Assembly (NCBI GenBank): GCA_943358095.1
Contig: CALRGT010000003.1
Span: 6,169 to 70,168, forward strand
Direction of reading: 5' to 3'
Source of the DNA: an uncultured Candidatus Saccharimonas sp.
Lineage (GTDB): Bacteria > Patescibacteriota > Saccharimonadia > Saccharimonadales > AQU-01
DNA: 64,000 bases
Below are positions 18,177 to 26,730 of this stretch, in pieces; the first letter of the stretch is position 1, and every line of letters begins with the position of its first letter. The translations under genes and the position numbers were made by a program. The notes below the pieces were generated by a model, which saw nothing but the letters and a program-made list of their open reading frames with translations, ran no database searches and was not told the origin of the DNA.

Positions 18177-18270
18177 GATGGAGGCACAGAGACAGCCCAC
18201 TTCAATCCGAGCCCTAGCGCCAAGCTGAAGCTTGTCGCGGTCCAGGGCTCGAAGCTCAATAACTTGACCA
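18177..18270 (-). repeat. tRNA-Ala-derived trailer (inverted + direct self-fragments)
   Basis: In tRNA sense: CTTCGAGCCCTGGACC is antisense to tRNA GGTCCAGGGTTCGAG. It is followed by a direct AGGGCTCG and CTGTGCCTCCATCA (tRNA has CTGTAGCTCCACCA). Confidence 0.6.
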
Positions 18271-18298
18271 AAATAAAAACCCATCCTTATGGGATGGG
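18271..18298 (-). terminator. intrinsic terminator after tRNA-Ala
   Basis: On the minus strand, CCCATCC-cataa-GGATGGG followed by TTTTTATTTT. Confidence 0.75.
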
Positions 18299-18307
18299 AT
18301 CTTATTT

Positions 18308-18384
18308 TGGTGGAGCTACAGGGACTCGAACCCTGGACCTCTTCACTGCCAGCGAAGCGCTCTAGCCAACTGAGCTACAGCCCC
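18308..18384 (-). tRNA. tRNA-Ala(GGC)
   Basis: Reverse complement reads GGGGCTG...TAGCTCC-ACCA with G3:U70. Anticodon stem CTTCG/TGAAG with loop CTGGCAG. T-loop TTCGAGT. Confidence 0.95.
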
Positions 18385-18420
18385 AAAATAACGTTGAATT
18401 TGATTGTTAATATTATGGTG

Positions 18421-18429
18421 ATTATACCA
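18421..18429 (-). promoter_or_regulatory. extended -10 promoter element for tRNA-Ala
   Basis: Minus strand reads TGGTATAAT about 37 nt upstream of the tRNA 5' end. Confidence 0.5.
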
Positions 18430-18503
18430 GTTGGCCAGAGCGCTTAAGCGCATCTTTTATTTTTGCAACAAGTTGCCCCAACTGAGCTTCGTCCCCAAAA
18501 TAA
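18428..18503 (-). repeat. tRNA-Ala-derived leader (direct 5' fragment + inverted D-arm fragment)
   Basis: In tRNA sense: TTTTGGGGACGAAGCTCAGTTGG (tRNA has TTTTGGGGCTGTAGCTCAGTTGG). Then GCGCTCTGGCCAACTGG, antisense to the D-arm CTCAGTTGGCTAGAGCGC (15/18). Confidence 0.6.
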
Positions 18504-18664
18504 TCAAAATTAATTATACCATGATTTATAGATAGTAAGGCTGCATCAGAGTAGTTTAGCCTAGACGCAACTTAACAGTGCATTCTGATGTACTGTAGAT
18601 TCTACTAGAAGTCATATATACTTAAGTGGCTAGTTGATCGCCAAATTTACTGCTAGCAATATAT

Positions 18665-18700
18665 GGGGCGATGCATGGTTTACTCTGCAGAGCTCCACCA
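18665..18700 (+). other. tRNA-Ala acceptor-like minihelix sequence on the opposite strand
   Basis: GGGGCG-(20 nt)-AGCTCCACCA. 5' GGGGC can pair with GCTCC, keeping the G3:U70 geometry, and it ends in ACCA. Function unknown. Confidence 0.3.
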
Positions 18701-18745
18701 CATCTTAGAACTACAGGATAATTAACAGACCTGGCTTACAAAAAT

Positions 18746-20032
18746 ATGAAAGATCAATTCAAAAAAATTATAGTCTCATTGCTTGGTAGGCAAGTTATTC
18801 GGCTTAGGGCTCGGAGTGATTTTACAGTAGTTGCTGTTGGCGGAAGCGTCGGCAAGACTGGCACAAAATATGCTATTGCTACACTGTTAAATCAGAAACT
18901 TAGAGTGCAATATCAGCAGGGTAATTACAATGACATAGTAACTGTTCCATTGGTGTTTTTTGGAATTACAGAGCCTAGTTTGTATAATCCGTTCGCTTGG
19001 CTTTTGGCGCTGATAAAGACAGAAATACTACTTCACAAAGATTATCCTTTTGACGTTGTTGTGCTCGAGCTCGGTACTGATGGTCCGGGCCAGATATCGC
19101 GATTTTCCGAATATTTGAACATTGATCTAGCTGTAGTCACTGCTATAGCCGACGAGCACATGGAGTATTTTGGCTCACTTGACGCAGTTGCTCTAGAAGA
19201 GCTGGAACTGATAAATATATCCAAAAGGACTATTATTAATAGCGATTTATGCGACAGTAAATATCTACCAAATGATAAATCCTTTGATACATATGGTTTT
19301 GCTAAGGCTGATTATCAACTAACAGATTTAGTAACCGAAAACCAAAAGTTTGATTTTACTATTATGAAAGGCGAAAGTAAGTTATTAGCATCTTCATATG
19401 AAGGTATCGCTAAGTCACAGCTATATTCATTGCTTGCTGCCACGGCAGTCGCAGATATTTTGAGCGTACCAGTTGAAGAGATTAGTTTGGGTATAAAAAA
19501 GATTACAGCTGTTAATGGGCGCATGAACCTTTTGAACGGAATAAGTAACTCCACCATTATTGACGATAGCTATAACTCAAGTCCTTTGGCTGTAAAGAGC
19601 GCTCTAGATGCTTTGTCGGCATTTAAAGGCGATTATAAGATTGCTATTTTGGGTAACATGAACGAATTAGGTAATCTGTCTGCAGCTGCACATATTGAAA
19701 TTGGGGATTATTGTAATCCAAGATATATAGATTTATTGGCCACAATTGGTCCTGACGCAAACCAATACTTAGCTGCAGCTGCAGAAAAGAAGGGTTGTGT
19801 CGTGGAGCGATTTGACAGCCCATATAAAGCTGGCGAATGGGTTAAGCAGAGGATCAAAGATGGAACAATTGTATTGGTTAAGGGTTCACAAAATGGCGTT
19901 TTTGCCGAAGAATCAGTTAAACAATTATTGTCTGATAAGAACGACGTCAGCAAGCTAGTACGTCAGTCTAAGTACTGGCTTAAAATCAAGCAAAAACAGT
20001 TTACTCAAAGAGATAACGGGGTCAGGAAATGA
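18746..20032 (+). CDS. murF: UDP-N-acetylmuramoyl-tripeptide--D-alanyl-D-alanine ligase
   Basis: Mur ligase P-loop GGSVGKTGTK, central and C-terminal Mur ligase domains (DDSYNSSP). Overlaps ddl by 4 nt. Confidence 0.85.
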   Translation: MKDQFKKIIVSLLGRQVIRLRARSDFTVVAVGGSVGKTGTKYAIATLLNQKLRVQYQQGNYNDIVTVPLVFFGITEPSLYNPFAWLLALIKTEILLHKDYPFDVVVLELGTDGPGQISRFSEYLNIDLAVVTAIADEHMEYFGSLDAVALEELELINISKRTIINSDLCDSKYLPNDKSFDTYGFAKADYQLTDLVTENQKFDFTIMKGESKLLASSYEGIAKSQLYSLLAATAVADILSVPVEEISLGIKKITAVNGRMNLLNGISNSTIIDDSYNSSPLAVKSALDALSAFKGDYKIAILGNMNELGNLSAAAHIEIGDYCNPRYIDLLATIGPDANQYLAAAAEKKGCVVERFDSPYKAGEWVKQRIKDGTIVLVKGSQNGVFAEESVKQLLSDKNDVSKLVRQSKYWLKIKQKQFTQRDNGVRK

Positions 20033-20934
20033 AAGTTCTTGTACTTGGCGGAGGCGACTCACCAGAAAGAGACGTATCGCTCAGATCGGCCAAGTCAGTC
20101 GCTTTGGCATTGCGAGATGCAGGTCACGATGTGGTCGAAGCCGATCCAATAAATGGTGATGATATCTTTAATGGTATAGATCAATCGGTACTAGTTTTTC
20201 CTATTCTTCATGGAGCAGGTGGTGAGGACGGGATTATACAGAAAAAGTTAGAAGAAAGAGGGCTGCGTTATTTAGGATCAGACAGCACCGTTTCGAAAAT
20301 TTGTTTTGACAAAAACGCCACCAGAGTAAAATTGAATGACTCCGGCATAAAGGTCGCAGAAGGCGGCAGCGTGACAAAATCTGATTATTGGACCAACGAA
20401 CTAATCACTAGGCCTCATGTTTTAAAGGTGCAGCATGGTGGCTCAAGTATTGGCACCTATATTATCCGTGATCCTGGTCATATAAATAAAGAAGAGGTTG
20501 ATGCAGTATTTGAACTTGATGACCACGCGATTATAGAAGAATTGGTTGTTGGGATTGAGATAACTGTACCAATTTTGGACGATAAAGCCCTGCCAGTTAT
20601 TGAAATAGTGCCCCCGCAAAACGAAGATTTTAACTATGAAAATAAATATAACGGAAAGACTGGCGAGTTATGTCCGCCTCAATCAATAGATAGTGAAGTG
20701 CAGGCCAAGGCGCAAGAGCTAGCCGTTTTAGTGCACAAGAACCTCGGTTGCCGTGAACTATCGAGGATAGATATGATTGTGCGTCAAAATGGCGAAATAG
20801 TTGTATTAGAAGCGAATACGATGCCAGGCATGACGGATCAGAGTCTGTATCCTAAGGCCGCGCTTCAGTACGGGCTTACAATGCCTGATTTGATGAATAT
20901 TTTTGTTGATCTAGTTGATCGCCACAAAATATAA
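20029..20934 (+). CDS. ddl: D-alanine--D-alanine ligase
   Basis: ATP-grasp; ILHGAGGEDGIIQ and EANTMPGMT motifs. Confidence 0.95.
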   Translation: MKVLVLGGGDSPERDVSLRSAKSVALALRDAGHDVVEADPINGDDIFNGIDQSVLVFPILHGAGGEDGIIQKKLEERGLRYLGSDSTVSKICFDKNATRVKLNDSGIKVAEGGSVTKSDYWTNELITRPHVLKVQHGGSSIGTYIIRDPGHINKEEVDAVFELDDHAIIEELVVGIEITVPILDDKALPVIEIVPPQNEDFNYENKYNGKTGELCPPQSIDSEVQAKAQELAVLVHKNLGCRELSRIDMIVRQNGEIVVLEANTMPGMTDQSLYPKAALQYGLTMPDLMNIFVDLVDRHKI

Positions 20935-20996
20935 GACCAGTAAAAGTAAACAGAGGTGTGGTTATAGCTAAAAGTCCTATATAATAATATTTAACT

Positions 20997-23432
20997 ATGA
21001 AGAGATATAACCCAAAAGATATTGAAGTTAAGTGGCAAAAGTGGTGGGACGACAACAAGACCTACCAAGTAGATTTTGACAGCCCAAAAACTAAGTATGT
21101 CGGAATGGGTATGTTTAATTACCCAAGTGGCGCAGGTATTCATATTGGCCACGCTATGAGCTATACGGTAAGTGACGTTATGGCACGTTTTAAGCGCCAG
21201 CAAGGTTACGAAAGCTATAACCCGATTGGTTGGGACGCTTTTGGATTGCCAGCCGAAAATTATGCAATCAAGACTGGCGTGTCGCCTCAAGCCAATATGG
21301 CTACTATTATTCCGGGCTATCACAAGCAATATAAGGCTATGGGTTGGAGCAATGACTGGTCTAAAGAGATTTCTACTCACGAGCCAACGTACTACAAATG
21401 GACTCAATGGATATTCACGCAAATGTTTAAGCAGGGATTGGCTTATCAAGATGCGCGAATGCAGTGGTGGTGCGAAAAATGCCAAACAGTGTTGTCGAAC
21501 GAGCAAGTTATTGACAGTAAATGTTGGAGGCATGATAGTGCTGATGATGTAGAGGTCGCTAAGCGTGAAGTTAAGCAATGGTTTTTCAAGATTACTGATT
21601 ATGCCGATGAGTTGCTTGAGGCGATTGACGACTTAAACTGGACTGATACTGTTAAAACTGCACAGAAAAATTGGATTGGTAAAAGCAAAGGCGCGGAAGT
21701 GACTTTTGCAGTTGATGCTAGCGACGAAAAGCTCGTAGTATTTACTACTAGGCCGGACACATTATATGGTGCGACATTTATGGTGCTGGCGCCAGAGCAT
21801 GATCTAGTCGACAAGTTAACGACTGAACCTCAAAAAGCAGAAGTAAGTAACTACGTTAAACAGGCTACTAAAAAATCAGAAGTAGAACGCCAGGCCAGTA
21901 AAGATAAAACCGGTGTATTTACTGGAGCTTATGCCACTAATCCTATTAACCAAGCCAAGATTCCAATTTGGATTGCTGACTATGTTTTGGTTGGTTATGG
22001 CACTGGTGCGATTATGGCTGTGCCAGCCCACGACGAGCGAGACAAGGAATTTGCAGTCAAGTACAGTCTGCCAATAATTAAAGTTGTCGATACGCCTGAA
22101 GACGATATTAGTGTCGAGGCTAAAATGATTAATTCTGACACCTTTAATGGCTTAATGTCGAGCGATGCCCGCGAAAAAATTGTTGCAGATCTGCAGGTGA
22201 ATAATCTGGCAGAATCAAAAACTACCTTTAAAATTCGTGATTGGAGTGTGTCGCGTCAACGTTATTGGGGAGCGCCAATACCGATTATTAATTGTCAAAA
22301 ATGTGACCAAGTTTTGGTACCGGACGACCAATTACCGGTCGTACTTCCGGAACTGGAAGACTTTCAGCCAAGTGGCGATGGTCGTAGCGCGCTAGCTAGA
22401 GCCAGTGAATGGCTTAAAGTTAAGTGTCCAAATTGTGGCGGCGATGCCGAGCGCGAGACCGATACGCTAGATACTTATATTTGTAGTAGTTGGTATATGC
22501 TGCGCTATCTTGATCCGCATAATAGTGAGGCAATATTCAACAGCCAGCAAGTAAATAAATGGCTACCGATTGATTTTTATAATGGCGCTGATCATGCCAC
22601 TGCTCATATGATATATGCTCGTTTTATGACTAGATTCTTCCACAAGCTTGGTCTTATAGACAATCCTGAGCCATTCAAGAAGTTCTTGTTTAACGGTAAG
22701 GTCACCGCTGCTGACGGCCAGATGTTTAGCAAGAGTAAGGGTAATGGCGTTGATCCACTTGAGATTATAAATAGCGGATATGGAGCCGACGCCTTAAGGA
22801 CATATTTGATGTTTGCTGCGCCACTAGAATTGTCTGCAAAATGGGATGCTCAGGGCGTGCCTGGTACTTACAGGTTCCTGAATAGAGTATGGAATATTGT
22901 TCAAGAATATCTAGAATTACAGCCAAGTTCAGAAACTAATAACGATGCTCCACTGCGCATTATTCATCCAGCTATTAAGAAAGTTACTTCTGACATTGAA
23001 GAGCAAAAATACAATACGGCAATCGCTGCTATGATGCAGGCCTGTAATAGTCTGTATGACCTGAAGGCAATGAGCGGTTTTGATGATACGACTAGTTGGC
23101 GACAAGCTTTGGAGAGTTTAGTGATGTTGGTTACTCCGTTTGCTCCACATATGTCTGAGCAGCTATGGCATGATCTTGGTCACGAGGATAGTGTAAATAA
23201 GGGCCACTGGCCTGTATGGGATGACAAGTTCTTGGCTTCCGACACAATGACGATAGCAGTGCAGGTTAATGGTAAATTACGAGCCGAAATAGAGGTTCCG
23301 TCAGACGCCGATCAATCTGCTGTATTGGCGGCCGCTAAAGCAAATCTAAAAGTCGCTGGCTATTTGACCAGCGACCCTATTAAAACAATTTATGTGCCCG
23401 GCAGACTACTTAGTTTAGTCGTCCGCGCGTAA
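20997..23432 (+). CDS. leuS: leucine--tRNA ligase
   Basis: 811 aa; HIGH-type motif (GIHIGHAMSY), KMSKS variant (MFSKSKGN), CP1 editing domain. Confidence 0.97.
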   Translation: MKRYNPKDIEVKWQKWWDDNKTYQVDFDSPKTKYVGMGMFNYPSGAGIHIGHAMSYTVSDVMARFKRQQGYESYNPIGWDAFGLPAENYAIKTGVSPQANMATIIPGYHKQYKAMGWSNDWSKEISTHEPTYYKWTQWIFTQMFKQGLAYQDARMQWWCEKCQTVLSNEQVIDSKCWRHDSADDVEVAKREVKQWFFKITDYADELLEAIDDLNWTDTVKTAQKNWIGKSKGAEVTFAVDASDEKLVVFTTRPDTLYGATFMVLAPEHDLVDKLTTEPQKAEVSNYVKQATKKSEVERQASKDKTGVFTGAYATNPINQAKIPIWIADYVLVGYGTGAIMAVPAHDERDKEFAVKYSLPIIKVVDTPEDDISVEAKMINSDTFNGLMSSDAREKIVADLQVNNLAESKTTFKIRDWSVSRQRYWGAPIPIINCQKCDQVLVPDDQLPVVLPELEDFQPSGDGRSALARASEWLKVKCPNCGGDAERETDTLDTYICSSWYMLRYLDPHNSEAIFNSQQVNKWLPIDFYNGADHATAHMIYARFMTRFFHKLGLIDNPEPFKKFLFNGKVTAADGQMFSKSKGNGVDPLEIINSGYGADALRTYLMFAAPLELSAKWDAQGVPGTYRFLNRVWNIVQEYLELQPSSETNNDAPLRIIHPAIKKVTSDIEEQKYNTAIAAMMQACNSLYDLKAMSGFDDTTSWRQALESLVMLVTPFAPHMSEQLWHDLGHEDSVNKGHWPVWDDKFLASDTMTIAVQVNGKLRAEIEVPSDADQSAVLAAAKANLKVAGYLTSDPIKTIYVPGRLLSLVVRA

Positions 23433-23771
23433 AGGCGAACAAGCTGGCACGACAATAGGTGTACCTAAAGGAATTTCATCCATATTTTCACTTTGAATTG
23501 AGTCATTGTATTTGTCTACCCAGTCAATAAAGTCGTCTCGGTTCATACCGGGACATACCTTCGTCGACATATCCCACAGAGGTCTGTCTACTAATACAGT
23601 ATTAAGACTAGCCGGTAAATCTGGCTTACCTTCACAGGCAGATACAGTAACCATAGAGCTCATTGCTATTAGTGGGAGGGCGGCCTTAGCAATTGCTCGT
23701 TTTAATGGTCCGGTCTTGCGATCATTCGTGTTCGGTTCAAATGTACCTGGAATAATTTCAATAGTGTTCAT
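23415..23771 (-). CDS. putative lipoprotein, unknown function
   Basis: Internal Met gives a signal peptide with lipobox (MVTVSAC). The 3' end overlaps the leuS stop by 18 nt, convergently. Confidence 0.5.
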   Translation of the reverse strand: MNTIEIIPGTFEPNTNDRKTGPLKRAIAKAALPLIAMSSMVTVSACEGKPDLPASLNTVLVDRPLWDMSTKVCPGMNRDDFIDWVDKYNDSIQSENMDEIPLGTPIVVPACSPLRADD

Positions 23772-23888
23772 AAAAAGTATTATAACATAGTAGACTAACT
23801 TTAGCAATATATTTACGGTTGCGTAAAGGGGTGGTTAAGAGGTATAATATGTTCAAATAATATAAAATAACTAAAAGGACAGCTATTC

Positions 23889-24038
23889 ATGGGTAAACCA
23901 AAGAAACGAACCAGCCCCCGCAGAACCGGTACACGCCGTAGTCACTTAGCTTTGAAGTTAGCCCGAGCGGTTAACGCCAAATCTCCAGTTAAGGCCTACA
24001 CGACTCGTCGTGAATCTGGCAAAGCCGCAGTCAAATAA
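23889..24038 (+). CDS. rpmF: 50S ribosomal protein L32
   Basis: 49-aa ORF missing from the ORF track. MGKPKKRTSPRRTGTRRSH matches the L32 N-terminal signature (PKRRTSKSRxxxRRSH). Promoter TTGCGT-17-TATAAT upstream. Confidence 0.85.
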   Translation: MGKPKKRTSPRRTGTRRSHLALKLARAVNAKSPVKAYTTRRESGKAAVK

Positions 24039-24097
24039 GACTGCAAAAATCTTCGTAGTAACAGTTTTAGTCAAGGAAAGTAGCCACTTAACATTAT

Positions 24098-24577
24098 ATG
24101 AGCGCAAATCGCCACCTCGGTCGCATCGTAGCCCTACAGACTCTATATGAGCAGGATTTTCGACGTGAATGTGGCGATGAGCTATTTGACCTAAAAGAAG
24201 TACTTGACCGCAATATAGGCCGTTACCACAAGACTATTGAAGACCCTGAGTTCATTGTTTCGTTGGTTAATGGCGTGGCGTCGCGTGCAGAGGAGTTAGA
24301 TAGTGTTCTTCAACCTATAGCTCCAGAGTGGCCCATCGACCAAATTGCCCGCATGGATAGAGTTATATTACGCATGGGCCTTTATGAATTAACTCATCAA
24401 AAAGATGTTCCATCCAAGGTGGTTATAAACGAAGCTGTTGAATTAGCAAAATCATTTGGTGGCGACAATAGTTCAAAATTTGTTAATGGTGTGCTTGGTA
24501 CAGTATTACGACAGCATCAGGCCGAGGAAATTACTTTACCTGCAAAGGCTAAAGTCAAGAAAGTGGTGGCAAAATAA
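24098..24577 (+). CDS. nusB: transcription antitermination factor NusB
   Basis: RIVALQTLYE ... VVINEAVELAKSFGGDNSSKFVNGVLG, a canonical NusB C-terminal motif. Confidence 0.9.
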   Translation: MSANRHLGRIVALQTLYEQDFRRECGDELFDLKEVLDRNIGRYHKTIEDPEFIVSLVNGVASRAEELDSVLQPIAPEWPIDQIARMDRVILRMGLYELTHQKDVPSKVVINEAVELAKSFGGDNSSKFVNGVLGTVLRQHQAEEITLPAKAKVKKVVAK

Positions 24578-24579
24578 TT

Positions 24580-25080
24580 ATGAAAAGACCATTACCAATT
24601 GGTGGAATCAAGAAGCTGGTGGGTAGACGACGCCCAGCTATCAGTGAAGTGTTGAGCGAACCGACAGCTGGCGGTGTAGTTTATCGTCGCAATACGACTA
24701 CTAATGCCGTCGAAATATTATTGATCCAAGACGCCAAAAATCGTTGGACAATACCGAAGGGTCACATTGAAGAGGGTGAGTCAGCCAAAGAGACTGCCGC
24801 TCGAGAAATAGGCGAAGAAACAGGCCTAACTGACGTAACTGTCATGAACTGGCTCGGTAAGATTAACTTCCGCTATCGTCGTCAGCAGAGCCTAGTATTG
24901 ATGACTACAGAGATATTCCTGGTGAAGGCCAATGGAGATACTGATGCTTTGAAGCCCGAAGATTGGATGAACGGCATTCAGTGGTTTCCGACTAGTGAGG
25001 CTTTGGACAAGATAGAATACGAAGATATTAGTAAGATTATTTTAATTGGTTTAACTAAGTTACGACAGGCGGGGCTGTAA
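24580..25080 (+). CDS. NUDIX hydrolase
   Basis: Nudix box GHIEEGESAKETAAREIGEETGL. Confidence 0.85.
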   Translation: MKRPLPIGGIKKLVGRRRPAISEVLSEPTAGGVVYRRNTTTNAVEILLIQDAKNRWTIPKGHIEEGESAKETAAREIGEETGLTDVTVMNWLGKINFRYRRQQSLVLMTTEIFLVKANGDTDALKPEDWMNGIQWFPTSEALDKIEYEDISKIILIGLTKLRQAGL

Positions 25081-25088
25081 ATTATCCT

Positions 25089-25790
25089 ATGCAAGATTTT
25101 TCGACTTATAAGCAGTTCGCAACAGATAAACTAGCAGTAGAATTTAACGATTTAGGCATTCTAGTGACAGCATTTACTCATCGTTCGTACGTAAACGAAC
25201 ACCGTAAGACTGTCCAGACTCATAACGAGCGTCTCGAGTTTTTGGGTGATGCCGTATTAGAGCTAGTCGTAACCGAGTATTTATATGGTAGTTTTGATGA
25301 TCCAGAGGGTGTGCTTACAAACTGGCGCAGTGCACTTGTAAGAACAGAAAGTATTAGTGCAGCTGCTACTCGTCAAGAGTTAGAGCCGCTGCTTCGTCTA
25401 AGTCGTGGTGAGAAGCGTGGTACGGCTCGCGCTAGAGCTCAGATTCTAGCCAATTGTTACGAGGCTGTTATTGGTGCGTTGTATGTTGACCAAGGCTATG
25501 ATGCTGCTAAGAAATTTATTGAGAATAGTTTGCTTACTACTTTTAGTGAAATTCTAAAGACTGGTTCGTGGATGGATCCAAAATCACATTTACAAGAGTT
25601 AGTTCAGAGCCATGAAGGTCATACTCCTATCTATAGAGTGATTAGCGAGGAAGGTCCTGACCATGACAAGGTTTTTACTGTTGGTGTATTAGTTGATGGC
25701 GAGATTAAGGGGCAGGGGCAGGGGCCTAGTAAGCAGGCTGGGCAGCAGAAGGCGGCGGAGTCGGCATTAGAGGCTTATAAACAGGTTTAG
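25089..25790 (+). CDS. rnc: ribonuclease III
   Basis: RNase III signature NERLEFLGDAVL and a C-terminal dsRBD (GPDHDKVFTV...AEQQAAESAL-like). Confidence 0.95.
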   Translation: MQDFSTYKQFATDKLAVEFNDLGILVTAFTHRSYVNEHRKTVQTHNERLEFLGDAVLELVVTEYLYGSFDDPEGVLTNWRSALVRTESISAAATRQELEPLLRLSRGEKRGTARARAQILANCYEAVIGALYVDQGYDAAKKFIENSLLTTFSEILKTGSWMDPKSHLQELVQSHEGHTPIYRVISEEGPDHDKVFTVGVLVDGEIKGQGQGPSKQAGQQKAAESALEAYKQV

Positions 25791-25877
25791 GGTAGTCGAC
25801 ACGCATCTTTGGCACATTTTCGGCGAACTATTATTTGATGGAATCGTTTTTCCTAGTTCCCTAAAAGGGGCTATTTA

Positions 25878-26097
25878 GCCACTTTTGATTCGGCAAAAGT
25901 GGCGCAAAACCGAGGGGCGGTGGCCACAACTCGATATAGCTTCCTAACAAGGAGCACAACACAGCCTGCGGAACTAGCTGCTTCGCAGCGTCAGACAGTC
26001 CTCGGCAGGAAGTGTTGTTGTGCTCTTGTAGGAATCTATCTCGGGTTGCACCCAGGCCCCACATAAGCCCATGGATGCCCGCTGGAGGCGGGCTATT
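25878..26097 (+). ncRNA. candidate structured RNA / palindromic repeat element, copy 1 (unclassified)
   Basis: 10-bp hairpin GCCACTTTTG/CAAAAGTGGC, then a long imperfect rod helix. Ends in terminator GCCCGC-tggag-GCGGGC + TATT. Paralogous to complement(28400..28621) with paired substitutions. Confidence 0.45.
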
Positions 26098-26143
26098 GAT
26101 TGGTATATAGTTAGAGCAAATCAAGGTCTGCTATGATTAAATC

Positions 26144-26680
26144 ATGTCAGTAGATAAATCACGTAATTTTGAATTAGAAATAGATGAAAATCTAAAACTC
26201 CGTCAGTTAATTCCCGACGAAGCCAATTTAATATTTAGTATTGTGGATAGTGAAAGAGAGTATTTAGGTAAGTGGTTGCCGTGGGTCAAAACAACCCAAA
26301 CACCAGAAGATTCTAAAGATTTTATTGAAAGTATTATAGAAAAGCGACAAGAAGGCTCAGAATTTGGTTTTGGAATAATCGTCAATGACCAGCCAAAAGG
26401 CCATATAAGCTTAATGCATGTTAGTGATGGCAAAGGGCCAGAAATCGGTTATTGGATATCAAGCCAGGAATCAGGCAAGGGCATAACTAGTAAAGCGGCT
26501 AAAACGGTCACCGAATTTGGTTTTAAGACATTAGGTCTAGATAAAATAACAATTCGAGCCGACCACAGAAATATAGCTAGCAACAAAGTCGCCGAAAAGT
26601 TGGGCTATATCCTGACGGGTCAAGAGTATGCGGGCACGGAAACTGCAATGAATGTTTGGGAAAAGACTAAACCTATATAA
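26144..26680 (+). CDS. GNAT family N-acetyltransferase (RimJ/RimL-like)
   Basis: 178 aa; acetyl-CoA motif region GKGITSKAAKTVTEFGF and C-terminal N..A..VAEKLGY. Confidence 0.85.
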   Translation: MSVDKSRNFELEIDENLKLRQLIPDEANLIFSIVDSEREYLGKWLPWVKTTQTPEDSKDFIESIIEKRQEGSEFGFGIIVNDQPKGHISLMHVSDGKGPEIGYWISSQESGKGITSKAAKTVTEFGFKTLGLDKITIRADHRNIASNKVAEKLGYILTGQEYAGTETAMNVWEKTKPI

Positions 26681-26690
26681 GACCATGGAT

Positions 26691-26713
26691 GCCCGCTGGA
26701 GGCGGGCTATTTT
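26691..26713 (+). terminator. intrinsic terminator after GNAT gene (third copy of the repeat's terminator module)
   Basis: GCCCGC-tggag-GCGGGC + TATTTT. The ~35 nt AAGACCATGGATGCCCGCTGGAGGCGGGCTATT are shared with 26063-26097 and complement(28400-28436). Confidence 0.8.
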
Positions 26714-26730
26714 GATGAGTGAGGATGGGG

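Noticed and set aside
20991-21578. 195-aa ORF on the minus strand, plus several 60-130-aa ORFs on either strand inside leuS
   Set aside because: It lies entirely antisense to (or out of frame within) a strongly supported 811-aa leuS gene. There is no RBS and no recognisable motif, and the composition is typical of a shadow ORF.
25878-26097. Identification of the rod-like elements as SRP RNA, tmRNA, RNase P RNA or 6S RNA
   Set aside because: There is no SRP helix-8 motif (GGAA tetraloop + AGCA) in the terminator-defined sense strand, no tRNA-like ends for tmRNA, and no GAAAGUCCGG-type RNase P core. 6S-like architecture cannot be confirmed or excluded by eye. The call is left unclassified pending a covariance-model search.
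25861-26124. 87-aa minus-strand ORF, and the ORFs at 28352-28600 (-), 28437-28625 (+) and 28592-28798 (+)
   Set aside because: They lie within the two rod-like repeat copies, their terminators, or the rpsP promoter region. The two copies differ by changes that preserve base pairing, not a reading frame.
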